Below are positions 20,701-28,389 of a DNA stretch of 64,000 nucleotides, piece after piece. Each line of letters opens with the position of its first letter. Within the stretch, counting starts at the first letter, position 1. This DNA comes from an uncultured delta proteobacterium. GTDB lineage: Bacteria; Myxococcota_A; Polyangia; Fen-1088. The DNA is taken from contig CAWCMR010000006.1 of assembly GCA_963796685.1 (NCBI GenBank), positions 192,001 to 256,000 of the forward strand, given 5' to 3'. The notes under the pieces are model-generated. The model was given only the letters and a program-made list of their open reading frames with translations, made no database searches and was not told where the DNA came from. The position numbers and the translations under genes are program-made.

Positions 20701-21314
20701 ACGGAGCGGATTCCAAGGTTCGGGACCAGTTGCAACAGGAGATGCTCGAGCACTATCGGAAGTTCAACGGAATGCTTGCACTTTCCGGAACCCCGACGGA
20801 CCAGAGCAAGCAGATCATCGAGCAAATTTCGCACGGGCCCGAAGGTGAGGTCTTCTTCTTTGGCCAGTTTGCTGGGCAAATGGTCGATCGTCTGGACGAT
20901 CGAGAATTGGCGTCGCTCAGCGATTTGCTTCTGACCAGCATTATCTCTCAATGGAATCCAAGGCGGATCGACCTGCTTTCGCTGCTTCTCATACGATCAT
21001 TGACAGCTTCCTCCTCGCCGGTGTTCTTGTCTTCGTACAAACATGCCGTTGACCCTCGACAAGTCTATGCCGACTTGCTCAAGGGCCCTTTTACGGTGGG
21101 AGCGGCTCGTAACAGACTCCTCGCGGCTCTGGTCTCGGATCGCGCTCAGACGCTACGAGATCCCGAACGCTGCGGCCCGGCTATCTTTCCGCCTGAGAAT
21201 GCCCGGAATGCCCACGGAACGGAGAACAGGCGACTACTCGACATCCTGGCGCAGCAGTCCGATCAATCCCTGCTGCCAGTAGACCTCGTCGGCCCTCCAC
21301 CGTGGCAGTTCTAG
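17745..21314 (+). CDS. STAND-like P-loop NTPase (nSTAND1-like) with N-terminal TM segments, internal TM and C-terminal HEAT/ARM-like repeats
   Basis: LVGRDEDI, Walker A GESGAGKT, AGLVPAL, Walker B LLLIFDQFDD, YHDYLA; true start may be ATG 17678 with a 1-bp insertion. Confidence 0.75.
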   Translation: MSVASAFVSQIGALAAVPAFVKVLVPVICAILAVILVWFSLPLPSRLLQPERFRLLSRVPTDLVGRDEDIERLVRNCSQHVLTFLVGESGAGKTALVQAGLVPALSGQRQNAAGNARFVPLSIDLSSVPWERGLHQAVADSLCRLEQRDLDSLKATAPVGNFDAWSWIRELPARTPKRLLLIFDQFDDYLSAHRERFYEGTTLRRASEIATDGDWREVQSLLRDEEIHLIVIARSDVGAALSALQFVDESKFTHQELHSIKTGLISPLLERIALAPDQSPVIENPEFGWMALQHRILRDIQDERGEVLPIRLAVALSGLRFTRRHLLTLREYERLGGLSGLEKQHIQRVVESAGRVANIPKDDILEGIRSLLVAPDGNKATSCSKQDFATALRQRSASGSAEEAVRILLEELMLRTSASSDKDDPRLLLYHDYLARPLRDAQGEATKWDDFVCKRNQQLADATGLEWWRALLSMGEQLKLVGHILARRVSLTSAGSLIAKSFLRWIPAGILVALAGLGAWQYSVYRNQMMVRETMKAIGHGELTEEEARDLKHLWTGDRGLLTLALQLADDVVVAKRAATRAQYIAQVAVGLDVTGRRSDKLAENILLPALTTGRPGQVLMASAIVASDQLRLLDSTSTKLAQAIVEQLKDASQDTLPSLVSALGKVPARIDADRSLMTTSSLLDRLLAGTPSPEEDFRVSEAVSAIAPRLDSPTGIQILSTYLPRLLAQRDPASICRTAQALARIATAIPGRERARLAPPVWERVRDVTNWPNVVSCLGVLATTLTADESSTDASEIATQLLARLESDGDSHTQSSLAGAVASLKPHLESREVLRAARAVLGRMRQESNTLFGGGALEALSRLLSNDDAQRLADEVLELMKTFPPSDAQAIQDLGRTLVELAPRLDSQADLRLARQLLTLAERANELQATSFLMLTTQLIPSLDVANAADLARDLLAWTTARKEQTFFWEDTGRALCLLCEKLKDGADSKVRDQLQQEMLEHYRKFNGMLALSGTPTDQSKQIIEQISHGPEGEVFFFGQFAGQMVDRLDDRELASLSDLLLTSIISQWNPRRIDLLSLLLIRSLTASSSPVFLSSYKHAVDPRQVYADLLKGPFTVGAARNRLLAALVSDRAQTLRDPERCGPAIFPPENARNAHGTENRRLLDILAQQSDQSLLPVDLVGPPPWQF

Positions 21315-21413
21315 GATGGAGTCCATGACGTTTGGTTCCTAAGCCGCGATCGGCCCCGCCGATAGGCGAGGGCGACGTGAGACGGGTGCCGCAGAGGATT
21401 ACCCTCTAGTTGG

Positions 21414-22373
21414 TCAACGTGATGGCCACATCTTCTCTGCAAGCTGCTGCGACATCTGCAATCGGATGCTGCCGATTGGACGAAGTGCATTATTCATGGC
21501 GAATTCGAGCCAGCGGCGTCCATCGGTAAATGCACCCTTCATCGCATGCTGGAACTGCTGAATGGCTGCGGCCTTCAGGGACTCATCCTTAACAATTACT
21601 GCATGTCGAAGGATTTTCGCCATTACGTCTGACCCATCATCAACAGAAGGAAGGCTCTCGAGAACGTGGGCTGCGTTGGCGGAAATCTCAAAACCTAACT
21701 GAAGTGCCGTATCGACGATCTCGCGCTCTGCGGGATTGAGTTGCTCGGTGCGTTTCTCAATCCACGGCGGCAAGGGAAGCGTCTCGATGATGACTATGTG
21801 CGCAATACTCGTGAGGTCTTCAAGCCTGGATCCGTGCGTCCATCTTCCCGCGAGCAGACTCCCGATTGCGTAAAGCACCTCCAGGCGCACTCGCAGTCCA
21901 TATCCCCATGCGTATTGACCCAAGAGGCGGATCCGCTGAATGACCTCACTCAAGCCGCCATAGGGCCCGCAAGATGGGCCAAGTTTTCTCACCTCCATGG
22001 TTGCAAGAGCATCCAGAAAGTCTTCTTGACTGGTGGACTCACTTCCAGGGAGTGAGGGCCTCCTGCGCGCGTTCCGTCTCTCCTGGACCTCGGAGTACCA
22101 CTCATCACGGTACCGCCTGACCACCACGGCTGACAGTTTCCTGGTTAGGCTTGTGGTCTTCGACGCCTCCTCATGGTGCTCGTGGCAGAGCAGGGCAAGA
22201 TTTTCAAGGCCATCGCCTGCCCTTCTTCCGTCAACATGATGGACCTGAACGCCCTTACGTGCCTCATGGTAGATGCAGCAGACGCGGTCCGACTTCCACA
22301 TCAGGTCCGCTTCTACGTTCGGGGAGAGACGTGGGCGACGTTTTGCCGCTGGGAGTGTCGTCTTCTTAGCCAT
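21414..22373 (-). CDS. HNH-like nuclease domain protein with helical C-terminus
   Basis: SDRVCCIY..QVHHVDG....ENLALLCHEHH; one expected Zn-ligand Cys is Tyr. Confidence 0.7.
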   Translation of the reverse strand: MAKKTTLPAAKRRPRLSPNVEADLMWKSDRVCCIYHEARKGVQVHHVDGRRAGDGLENLALLCHEHHEEASKTTSLTRKLSAVVVRRYRDEWYSEVQERRNARRRPSLPGSESTSQEDFLDALATMEVRKLGPSCGPYGGLSEVIQRIRLLGQYAWGYGLRVRLEVLYAIGSLLAGRWTHGSRLEDLTSIAHIVIIETLPLPPWIEKRTEQLNPAEREIVDTALQLGFEISANAAHVLESLPSVDDGSDVMAKILRHAVIVKDESLKAAAIQQFQHAMKGAFTDGRRWLEFAMNNALRPIGSIRLQMSQQLAEKMWPSR

Positions 22374-22435
22374 GGCCAGCATGCTATCCGATCCCCTATC
22401 TGCGGTCCTGATAGATGGCGGCTTCCAATCCCATT

Positions 22436-22977
22436 TCACGCTCCCGCCTCCGACACCAACGCCGCCACTGCCCAGTCGTAGTCTGGGCGTGTCCCATCCC
22501 AAAGCGGCATGTTGCTATCCGCCCCGATGTTCAGCCCGCGATCCTCGGCCCATTCCTGCAAGAAGACCATCGCATCTTCGCTGACCTCGCGCGCGGGTAC
22601 CGATGGTAATTCGCCTCCGTCGGGTGCCCGAAAGCACAAATCCCCGTCTGCCGTTCGCTCGACCGACCAGCCGCCTTCGTGGACCAGATGGTGGTGGTGC
22701 GAGCACAGCAAGGAAAGGTTGTCCAAGCTGGTTTCGCCCCCGTGCAACCAGTGCTGGATGTGGTGGCCGTGCAGGAATAGGTTGTGGGTGCAGCCGGGGA
22801 AGGCGCAACCACGGTCGCGCAGGAGGAGGGCGCGGCGAATTGAGGTGGGAATGGTGCGGGTGCGGCGGCCGGGGAGCCCCTCACCCGGCGCACTTCGCGC
22901 GCCGACCTCTCCCCGCTGCGCGGGGCGAGGTGATTCTACGGCCACGAGGCCACAGTCGCAGGCCACGCGCCGGAGCG
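22436..22977 (-). CDS. DUF222/HNH endonuclease, 3' exon (downstream of the group II intron)
   Basis: LRRVACD...[16 protein letters not shown]...[35 protein letters not shown]; joins the 5' exon in frame as VSAE-T-LRRVACD. Confidence 0.88.
22876..22932. repeat. 57-bp REP-like palindromic repeat inside the HNH reading frame
   Basis: Reverse complement shares its first 30 and last 11 nt with 17353-17409; translated as [19 protein letters not shown]. Confidence 0.8.
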
Positions 22978-24989
22978 GTCGGGTGGCCCTGGGCGGTTGT
23001 CCGCCCAGGGCTCCCACAGATCCGGACGTGCAGATTTCCCGCATCCGGCTCCTCAAGCTACGGTTTCGTTGCGGGTCGGTAGACGCTGTGGACGATTCGG
23101 ATCGGCGGCAGCGGATACCGCTGCAGCAGAGCACAGAAGCGTTCCCACACCATCTTTGCTCTTGCTGACCGACGGTTGAGCCAGTAGCGCCACACGCGCT
23201 CGACCTCGTGCAGAAAGCGACTGAGACAGCGTGCGTTTCCGGTGATTCCGAAATACGCATAGTGTCCGCGAAGCTTCCGCGAAAGGTCGATGTGCTGTGC
23301 GGCGACGGCGTCGTGCCGATGGGTCCGACACCAGTCAGCGATTCGAGAGAGCGCTCGACAAAAGCGGCTCGACGAGGTTTTGCGCTGGATGACTGCGGCT
23401 CCCTTGCGGGACTTACCCCAGTACCAGGTGAAGCCCAGCATGTCGAAAGTCTCAGGCGCACTCGGGTTCGCAGACGACTGCGACCTGCGCGGCCTTCGAA
23501 AGTCGAGCATCCTGGTTTTCTCTGGATGCAGGGCGAGGCCATACTTGGCAAACCGTTTGCCGAGTACATCCAACACTCTGCGGGCATCGTCCTCGTTTCC
23601 AACGACGATGGCCACGTCATCTGCGTACCGGACCATGAATGCCTGTGACCGAAGTCTGAGCTTCACTTCCCGAGCAAACCACGTATCCAGGACCTCGTGC
23701 AGGTAGATGTTCGCGAGTAGCGGTGAGACGACACCTCCCTGGGGCGTTCCGCCTTCAGGGTGGTACACGCTGCCGTCCTCTAGAACTCCTGCTTTGAGCC
23801 ACTTGTCGATTGCTCGACGGAGCACTCCGTCTCGCACCCTTCTGTCGAGAAAGCCTCGGAGATGTCCATGGTCGACGGTGTCGAAGTAGCTCTTGATGTC
23901 TACCTCAATCACCCAGCCACCGCCCATGTTCATCAGACCCTGCCAAAGCGTTGCCAGCGCTTGATGCGCCGACCGGCCCGGTCGGAAGCCATACGAGCAG
24001 GCTAGAAAGTCCTGCTCATAAACCGCCTCCAGCACCATCGTGACCGCCCTTTGAAGCACTTTGTCTTCGAAGGTCGGTATCCCTATGGGGCGGGTCGACT
24101 TACCATCCCCCTTCGGGATATGCACCCGTCGAACCGGAGGCGCCTGGTACGTGCCCGACTTGAACCGGTCTAGCAGCAACCGCAGATTTCCCTGCAGATT
24201 CGCCGCGTACCCGGTCGCATCCTGGCCGTCTACTCCAGTCGCCCCATCCTTTCGGGTCAGCCGAAACGCTTGGTCTAATAGTTCCAGGTCGATGTGATGG
24301 GCAAGCGTCGTGAACACCATGTCCGGTGATTCCTTCGCCAGCTTTGCTATCCGCTGTAGTTTCGTTGAGACGTTTTCGGGACTCGACGTTCCCTTCATCT
24401 TTCTCTCCAGCCGTTCCGTAGTTTGGCTCCCCCTTCCCTCCACGGGGTCCCTCGGGTCGGTTCCCCCGCTTCATCGGTACTACGAGAAAGCTCCGACTTC
24501 CTTTCGCCCTTCCCGCCGCGCTTCGTTTCCTTCGCTTGGCGGTACCACTGCGCGCTCATTCGTTCGCTCCCCATCGTGTCGAGCGCGTCGTGATGGGGCC
24601 TGGGCTCTTGGCTTCCGCCGGGTGCCCTTCCCTTGTTGTCAGTGGAGACGACAGGACCTCCCAGGTTCCTGTGGAACCCCTGTGCATGCGCGCCACGTTC
24701 TTCGACCCCGGCGGGACCTCAACGCCTAGCCATTGCGGCATCGCAGGTGCTGACGCCGCTCAGAAAACCACGGCATCTCCCGCAAGCAGTTTCATTTCGA
24801 GGCTCTATCGCGCGGCCCTCATGCTCCCTGTGTACGCTTCGCAGTCGGGGTTACCCCCGAACCACGCAACACTCGGTTCCGGCTGGTTGCCAGCCTTTGC
24901 CGGGCGGGCTTGTCCCGCCGGGTTCCTTCGCAAGGTTTCAATCATGGTTCTACATGTCATCCTCCTTGCCCAGGCTTTGCCTGGCGCAC
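22978..24989 (-). mobile_element. Group II intron (IIB-like), 2012 bp
   Basis: 5' end GTGCG at 24989; domain V GAGCCGGATGCGGGAAATCTGCACGTCCGGATC; domain VI hairpin ending CCCGAC at 22978; removal restores the host frame (751+542 nt = 431 codons). Confidence 0.93.
23058..24398 (-). CDS. ltrA: Group II intron reverse transcriptase/maturase (no En domain)
   Basis: [50 protein letters not shown], domain X LRGHYAYF; GGAG RBS. Confidence 0.95.
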   Translation of the reverse strand: MKGTSSPENVSTKLQRIAKLAKESPDMVFTTLAHHIDLELLDQAFRLTRKDGATGVDGQDATGYAANLQGNLRLLLDRFKSGTYQAPPVRRVHIPKGDGKSTRPIGIPTFEDKVLQRAVTMVLEAVYEQDFLACSYGFRPGRSAHQALATLWQGLMNMGGGWVIEVDIKSYFDTVDHGHLRGFLDRRVRDGVLRRAIDKWLKAGVLEDGSVYHPEGGTPQGGVVSPLLANIYLHEVLDTWFAREVKLRLRSQAFMVRYADDVAIVVGNEDDARRVLDVLGKRFAKYGLALHPEKTRMLDFRRPRRSQSSANPSAPETFDMLGFTWYWGKSRKGAAVIQRKTSSSRFCRALSRIADWCRTHRHDAVAAQHIDLSRKLRGHYAYFGITGNARCLSRFLHEVERVWRYWLNRRSARAKMVWERFCALLQRYPLPPIRIVHSVYRPATKP

Positions 24990-25740
24990 TTTCCGCGGAA
25001 ACGCCTGTGCCGTCGTCCAGGGTTCCGGCCAGCGCGCCGTCGGGTGCAAGCGGATCTTGATCGACGTGAAGCATGACCTGGAAGCGCTCGCCGCCGTTGC
25101 CGTTGCCTGCGTTGCCGGCCAGGTAGCTTTCGGCCAGGGCGACCATGCCGTCGGCGCGGGATGGCCGCTTGGGGTCGGGCTGCTCTATTCTGTGCTCGTC
25201 AACCTTGTGCTCGAGTCCGCGAGCCCGGTCGAGCGCGCCCAGCACGAGCTCGGCTTCGTCGGGCGTTAGAACAATTTCGAGCTTGACCATGCCGCCAACC
25301 AAGTCGCGGCGGCGCACGGAGCGCTCGGGTGGCGGGAGGGCGTTGTCAGCGGTCATGGCAATGCGGTAGCCACGGCACAGGCGTTCGAGCTGGGCGCCGG
25401 TGGAGTACATGGCGGCGTCGAGCAACTTGGCCTCGGTCTCGGGGGTGGCCACGCGGGTCAGCGCTCGCACCTTCGCGTACGACAGCTTGCCCGACCTCAA
25501 GGCGGCGTCGATGGCGGGCAAGTTGCCGAGCGTGCGCGCCACGCGCACCTTCTCGCGTGCGGTGGCCGGGTCGAGCCCAATTCGCCAAGACAACCAGTGC
25601 GCGCACGACACCGCCCCTTGTGGTTCCCATCCGCACTCGGCATCGAATTGGCGAATGCATTCGAGCAACCGGTGCGTGGCCGCATCCAAGTGAACCGCCA
25701 ATTCCGCTATCTCTTGACCCAATTCCTCGACGGTAAACAT
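24990..25740 (-). CDS. DUF222/HNH endonuclease, 5' exon
   Basis: MFTVEELGQEIAELAVHLDAATHRLL..FD...GW...SCAHWLSWR...AREKVRVARTL...GKLSYAKVRALTR (DUF222/13E12-like). Confidence 0.88.
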
Positions 25741-25748
25741 GGGTAAGA

Positions 25749-25765
25749 CTATACAGATGTTCAGG
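25749..25765. promoter_or_regulatory. LexA (SOS) box-like site upstream of the DUF222/HNH gene
   Basis: CTATACAGATGTTCAGG against the M. xanthus LexA consensus CTRHAMRYBYGTTCAGS (both arms match), 9 bp from the ATG. Confidence 0.65.
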
Positions 25766-25863
25766 TGTAATTGCAATGGAAATTCGATGCGATTCACTTG
25801 CATGCACCACAGTCGCGCACGTGAATTTCCGGCCCGCTCGGCGCCTTGACCTGCATGTAACAG

Positions 25864-26694
25864 CTACCGGCGACCGTCGAGGAAGGACATCACTTCCTGC
25901 CACCACGCTTGCTGCGTGAAATCCTGCCACGTGTTGTGAGTTGCGTGCGTAAGGGTCCACAGCCGCTTGCGTCCCGCAAACGAGGAAAACAATGTCTGAG
26001 TGCATGGCGTGGGGATCAACTCGTCTTGTCCGGCGAGGATCACGGCGAGTGGTCCGGGATAGGTCGCCAGGTTTCGCACGCTGTCGTAACGATCGAGCAC
26101 CAGCCACTTCACCGGCAAGAACCAGAAGGTCTTCTGCGCGACCCGCGGCAGGTCGTCCCAGGCCGTGGCCAGCAACACGCCGTCGAGGCTCTTGCCAGCA
26201 GTAGCAACCGTCGCGGCGGCTACGCCGCTGCCCAGGGATTCGCCGAAGAGGAAGAGTGGCGCGCCGAACTGTGCGCGCGCAAGCTCGACCGAGCGGACGG
26301 CATCCGCGACCAACGCAGCCTCGCTCGGGCTGCCGGGACGGGCACCGTACCCCGGGTATTCGAGCAGAATCAGGCGGTAGCCGAGCGGCGTTGTGAACCG
26401 CCGTAGGTCGGACCAGTCGAGCGCCGACCCGGCGTTGCCGTGAAGATGCAAAATGGTGCCCTTCGTCGGGGAAGCATGCGGATCGACCATCAGACCACGG
26501 TGGTCGGCCCCTGCAGGCCAGGGACGGAGGTCCTCGGCCTGGCTTTGCTTGGCCAACTCTGCCAGCGTGTAGGTGGTCGGGTGATAAAGCAGGCGTCGCT
26601 GGAAGACGAAGAGGGCTGACTCGAGCAGGAGGAAGACAACCACCAAGAGAATCGCGATCCGGCGCAGCCTGTGCCAGACGCGTGCAGCAGTCAT
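25864..26694 (-). CDS. Alpha/beta hydrolase (ABHD17/BEM46-like)
   Basis: N-terminal TM, QRRLLYHP, HGNAG, YPGYG, GESLG nucleophile elbow, DELIP, HN. Confidence 0.9.
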   Translation of the reverse strand: MTAARVWHRLRRIAILLVVVFLLLESALFVFQRRLLYHPTTYTLAELAKQSQAEDLRPWPAGADHRGLMVDPHASPTKGTILHLHGNAGSALDWSDLRRFTTPLGYRLILLEYPGYGARPGSPSEAALVADAVRSVELARAQFGAPLFLFGESLGSGVAAATVATAGKSLDGVLLATAWDDLPRVAQKTFWFLPVKWLVLDRYDSVRNLATYPGPLAVILAGQDELIPTPCTQTLFSSFAGRKRLWTLTHATHNTWQDFTQQAWWQEVMSFLDGRR

Positions 26695-26756
26695 ACGGAA
26701 CGGCCCCCCGCGGGTGCGACAACCACGCCGCATGGTCGCGCGTTTGTCAGAGCTTG

Positions 26757-27317
26757 TCATCTGCAAGAAGACCATCGCATCTTCGCTGGCTTGGCGCGCG
26801 GGTACTGCGGGCAAGGCGCCTCCGTCGGCCCGCGAAAGCACAAATCCCCGTCTGCCGTTCGCTCGACCGACCAACCACCTTCGTGGACCAGGTGGTGGTG
26901 GTGCGAGCACAGCAAAGAAAGGTCTTCCAAGCTGGTTTCGCCCCCGTGCAGCCAGTGCTGGATGTGGTGGCCGTGCAGGAATCGGTTGTGGGTGCAGCCG
27001 GGAAAGGCGCAACCGCGGTCGTGCAGGAGGAGGGCGCGGCGAATGGCCGGAGGAATGGAGCGGGAGCGCCTACCAATGGACAGGGTGGTTCCGGTCTTGT
27101 CGTGGCCGACGGCCACGAGGCCGCGGTCGCAGGCCGCGCGCCGAATACTTTCCGCGGAAACGCGGGTACCATCGTCCAGGGTTCCGGCCAGCACGTCGTC
27201 GGGTGTGAGCGGATCTCGGAAAGGATCTAGATCGACATGAAGCATGACCTGGAAGCAGTCCGCGAGCCCGGTCGAGCACACCCAGTACGAGATCGGCTTC
27301 GTCGGGCGTTAGCACAA
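26757..27317 (-). pseudogene. Second, truncated and intron-less DUF222/HNH copy
   Basis: High similarity to 22560-22860 and 24990-25270; lacks N-terminus, has an internal deletion and a frameshift near the 3' end. Confidence 0.8.
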
Positions 27318-27429
27318 TGTCGGGCCAGCGTGGCGCGTGGCGCGTTGAACCGCACCCTGGCTTGCCCCTATGTGGCCTGACAAATTGGATTCATGGCTCA
27401 GCTTCCTGGTCGTGGACGAATTCGAGAAG

Positions 27430-27747
27430 CTATGCCGCCGGCTTGATCTGAACCCTGTATTTGAGCCCTGCTGCCCGTAGACTCTCCTCGATTGACAAGC
27501 GGATGAGGAGCTCCTGAGGTACGCCAATGGCCTTGGCGATTTGCTCGGCCTTTTCCGGACTCACACCCTTGCGCCCCTTCTCTATGTCGCACAGGTTAGC
27601 GACTGACATGCCGACGAGCCTGCCGAAATCCGCCAGACTGATCCCCTCGGAGACCCGCCAGGCGTGAAGAAACTCACCCACGGTGAGCTTGCCCATCCGT
27701 CTCTCCAAATCCTTCGACCCGAAAATCTTTTGCCTATCTGTACTCAT
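27430..27747 (-). CDS. XRE/HigA-like HTH antitoxin
   Basis: ISLADFGRLVGMSVANLCDIEKGRKGVSPEKA. Confidence 0.85.
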   Translation of the reverse strand: MSTDRQKIFGSKDLERRMGKLTVGEFLHAWRVSEGISLADFGRLVGMSVANLCDIEKGRKGVSPEKAEQIAKAIGVPQELLIRLSIEESLRAAGLKYRVQIKPAA

Positions 27748-27860
27748 GCTTGTTTACCTCCAAGACCTCGATCAGCTCGACCTCGCCGGTCTCATGCTCC
27801 ACGTAGATCGCTCGGTAGGCTCTGTTCAACCGCACCGATCTTTGCCCTTGGCGCCCCCAG
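27734..27860 (-). pseudogene. C-terminal remnant of a HigB/RelE-like toxin
   Basis: RQGQRSVRLNRAYRAIY...IEVLEVNKHEY directly upstream of the HigA-like gene; N-terminal part not recognisable. Confidence 0.6.
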
Positions 27861-28113
27861 AAGAGCTTGGTCACTGCTGCGAAGCTACTGCTACAAGCAG
27901 TATTTGTCAAGGACCGTTTGAGCTGATCCCCTGCGGGGGCCACCGACGCGCCACCAAGAAACATAGGCGCGCTCGCGCTCTTGGCCAGGGTTGTCAGCGT
28001 CGTTGCTCCGCCGAGACCGAGCGGGTCAAGAAGACTACGAAACAGATTCCGTTGCGGAACTGTCGCTAAGAAGTCGCAAATCAGACCCGCATTGCATGGC
28101 TACTGTGCGCGCG

Positions 28114-28389
28114 ATGCAAACCTTTCCGATCCGTCGACCCAAGAAGCAATCATCAACAAGAGGGTGGAAGGTGGCAGTTCTGGTAGGGCTCGTCTTGATC
28201 GGATGGGGCGTTGGCTGCGGTCTTGGCAGCTATGACGACCTGGGCGAGCCGGTCCCGGGACAGCGGTGGCCGTGGGTGTGTCCCGCGGGAGGCGACCCGA
28301 GCATGGACGGCGGTTGCCCACCTGCGGCGAGTATGGATGCCGCAGCCACGGACGACGCCTCAGACGCGGCTACCGTAGGGGCGTCATGA
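28114..28389 (+). CDS. Small hypothetical lipoprotein
   Basis: Hydrophobic stretch ending GVGC; stop overlaps the TonB receptor ATG. Confidence 0.55.
   Translation: MQTFPIRRPKKQSSTRGWKVAVLVGLVLIGWGVGCGLGSYDDLGEPVPGQRWPWVCPAGGDPSMDGGCPPAASMDAAATDDASDAATVGAS

Noticed and set aside
23058-24398. RT as a retron, DGR or defence RT
   Set aside because: Flanking GTGCG start, domains V/VI and the restored host frame identify a group II intron.
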